64,000 nucleotides of DNA from Candidatus Nanopelagicaceae bacterium (GTDB taxonomy: Bacteria; Actinomycetota; Actinomycetes; Nanopelagicales; Nanopelagicaceae). The notes beneath the pieces were generated by a model, which was not told where the DNA came from, did not search any database, and was given only the letters and a program-made list of their open reading frames with translations. This document shows, one piece after another, positions 63,683 to 64,000 of the stretch; position 1 is the stretch's first letter, and each line of letters begins with the position of its first letter. The stretch spans positions 5,800 through 69,799 of the forward strand of contig JBJTHJ010000027.1 of assembly GCA_046094385.1 (NCBI GenBank), written 5' to 3'. The position numbers and the translations under genes were made by a program.

Positions 63683-64000
63683 TTAAGTCCACTATCGGTT
63701 CAAACGCCTCGATACTTTCAGTCGGGATCTATCGGGCAACAAATTTAATCCCCAACTCTGAGATCATCGACAAAATCGACTCTTCGGATGAGTGGATACA
63801 GCAACGAACTGGCATCGCTTCACGAAGATTTGCAGATAAAGAGGTCTCAGTTTTGGATATGGCAACCAACGCCGCAAAAGAGGCGCTAGCTCGCGCAAAG
63901 GTCACTGCTACGCAGATTGATCTGGTGATTTTGGCCAGTATCTCTTATCCACATAACACTCCAAGCGGTGCATCGGGGGTAGCTGCAAATATCGGTGCCA
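63679..64000 (+). CDS. fabH: beta-ketoacyl-ACP synthase III (N-terminal part; runs off the window end)
   Basis: Own translation from the ATG at 63679 (ATGA overlap with the fabD stop) gives MIKSTIGSNASILSVGIYRATNLIPNSEIIDKIDSSDEWIQQRTGIASRRFA..., a typical FabH N-terminus. Confidence 0.8.
   Translation, partial: MIKSTIGSNASILSVGIYRATNLIPNSEIIDKIDSSDEWIQQRTGIASRRFADKEVSVLDMATNAAKEALARAKVTATQIDLVILASISYPHNTPSGASGVAANIGA

Overview
This window is a densely packed chromosomal core segment that is almost entirely housekeeping genes. It appears to come from an actinobacterium with visibly moderate or low GC (not computed). The gene order matches the conserved Mycobacterium/Streptomyces core synteny: trmD-rimM-KH-rpsP, ffh-glnB-amt-ftsY-smc-fpg-rnc-rpmF-DUF177, coaD-rsmD-recG, thiL-ddl-plsC-hupB-leuDC/IclR, gltX with tRNA-Gln and tRNA-Glu, CBS-ybeY-phoH-HIT-rsmE-dnaJ-hrcA-lepA, rpsT-holA-comEC-comEA-leuS, nadD-rsfS, ligA-mnmA-cysteine desulfurase, etfBA, glgX and fabD-fabH. 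The tiny intergenic gaps and many overlapping stop/start codons suggest a genome-streamlined lineage, for example freshwater acI/Nanopelagicales-like; that is inference only. I call about 67 CDS, 3 tRNAs (Glu-CUC, Gln-CUG, Ala-GGC) and four rho-independent terminators. There is no rRNA, CRISPR, IS element, prophage or recognisable defence or toxin gene. I do not see a convincing new multi-gene system. The most unusual observations are listed below.

- lepA (EF4) and hemW (radical-SAM heme chaperone) form one uninterrupted 1002-codon frame, either a Rosetta-stone style fusion or a 1-nt indel artefact.
- A LIV-family ABC importer is translationally coupled to an acetoacetyl-CoA synthetase, with a convergent CoA-transferase. 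This suggests a short-chain keto/hydroxy-acid substrate rather than amino acids.
- A GC-rich structured island sits in the long rpsP leader.
- A perfect 20-nt palindrome abuts the comEA start codon.
- An unannotated 41-codon membrane-peptide ORF lies in the ligA-nadD gap.
- glnD is absent from the amt-glnB locus.

All product calls come from motif recognition by eye; no database search was run.
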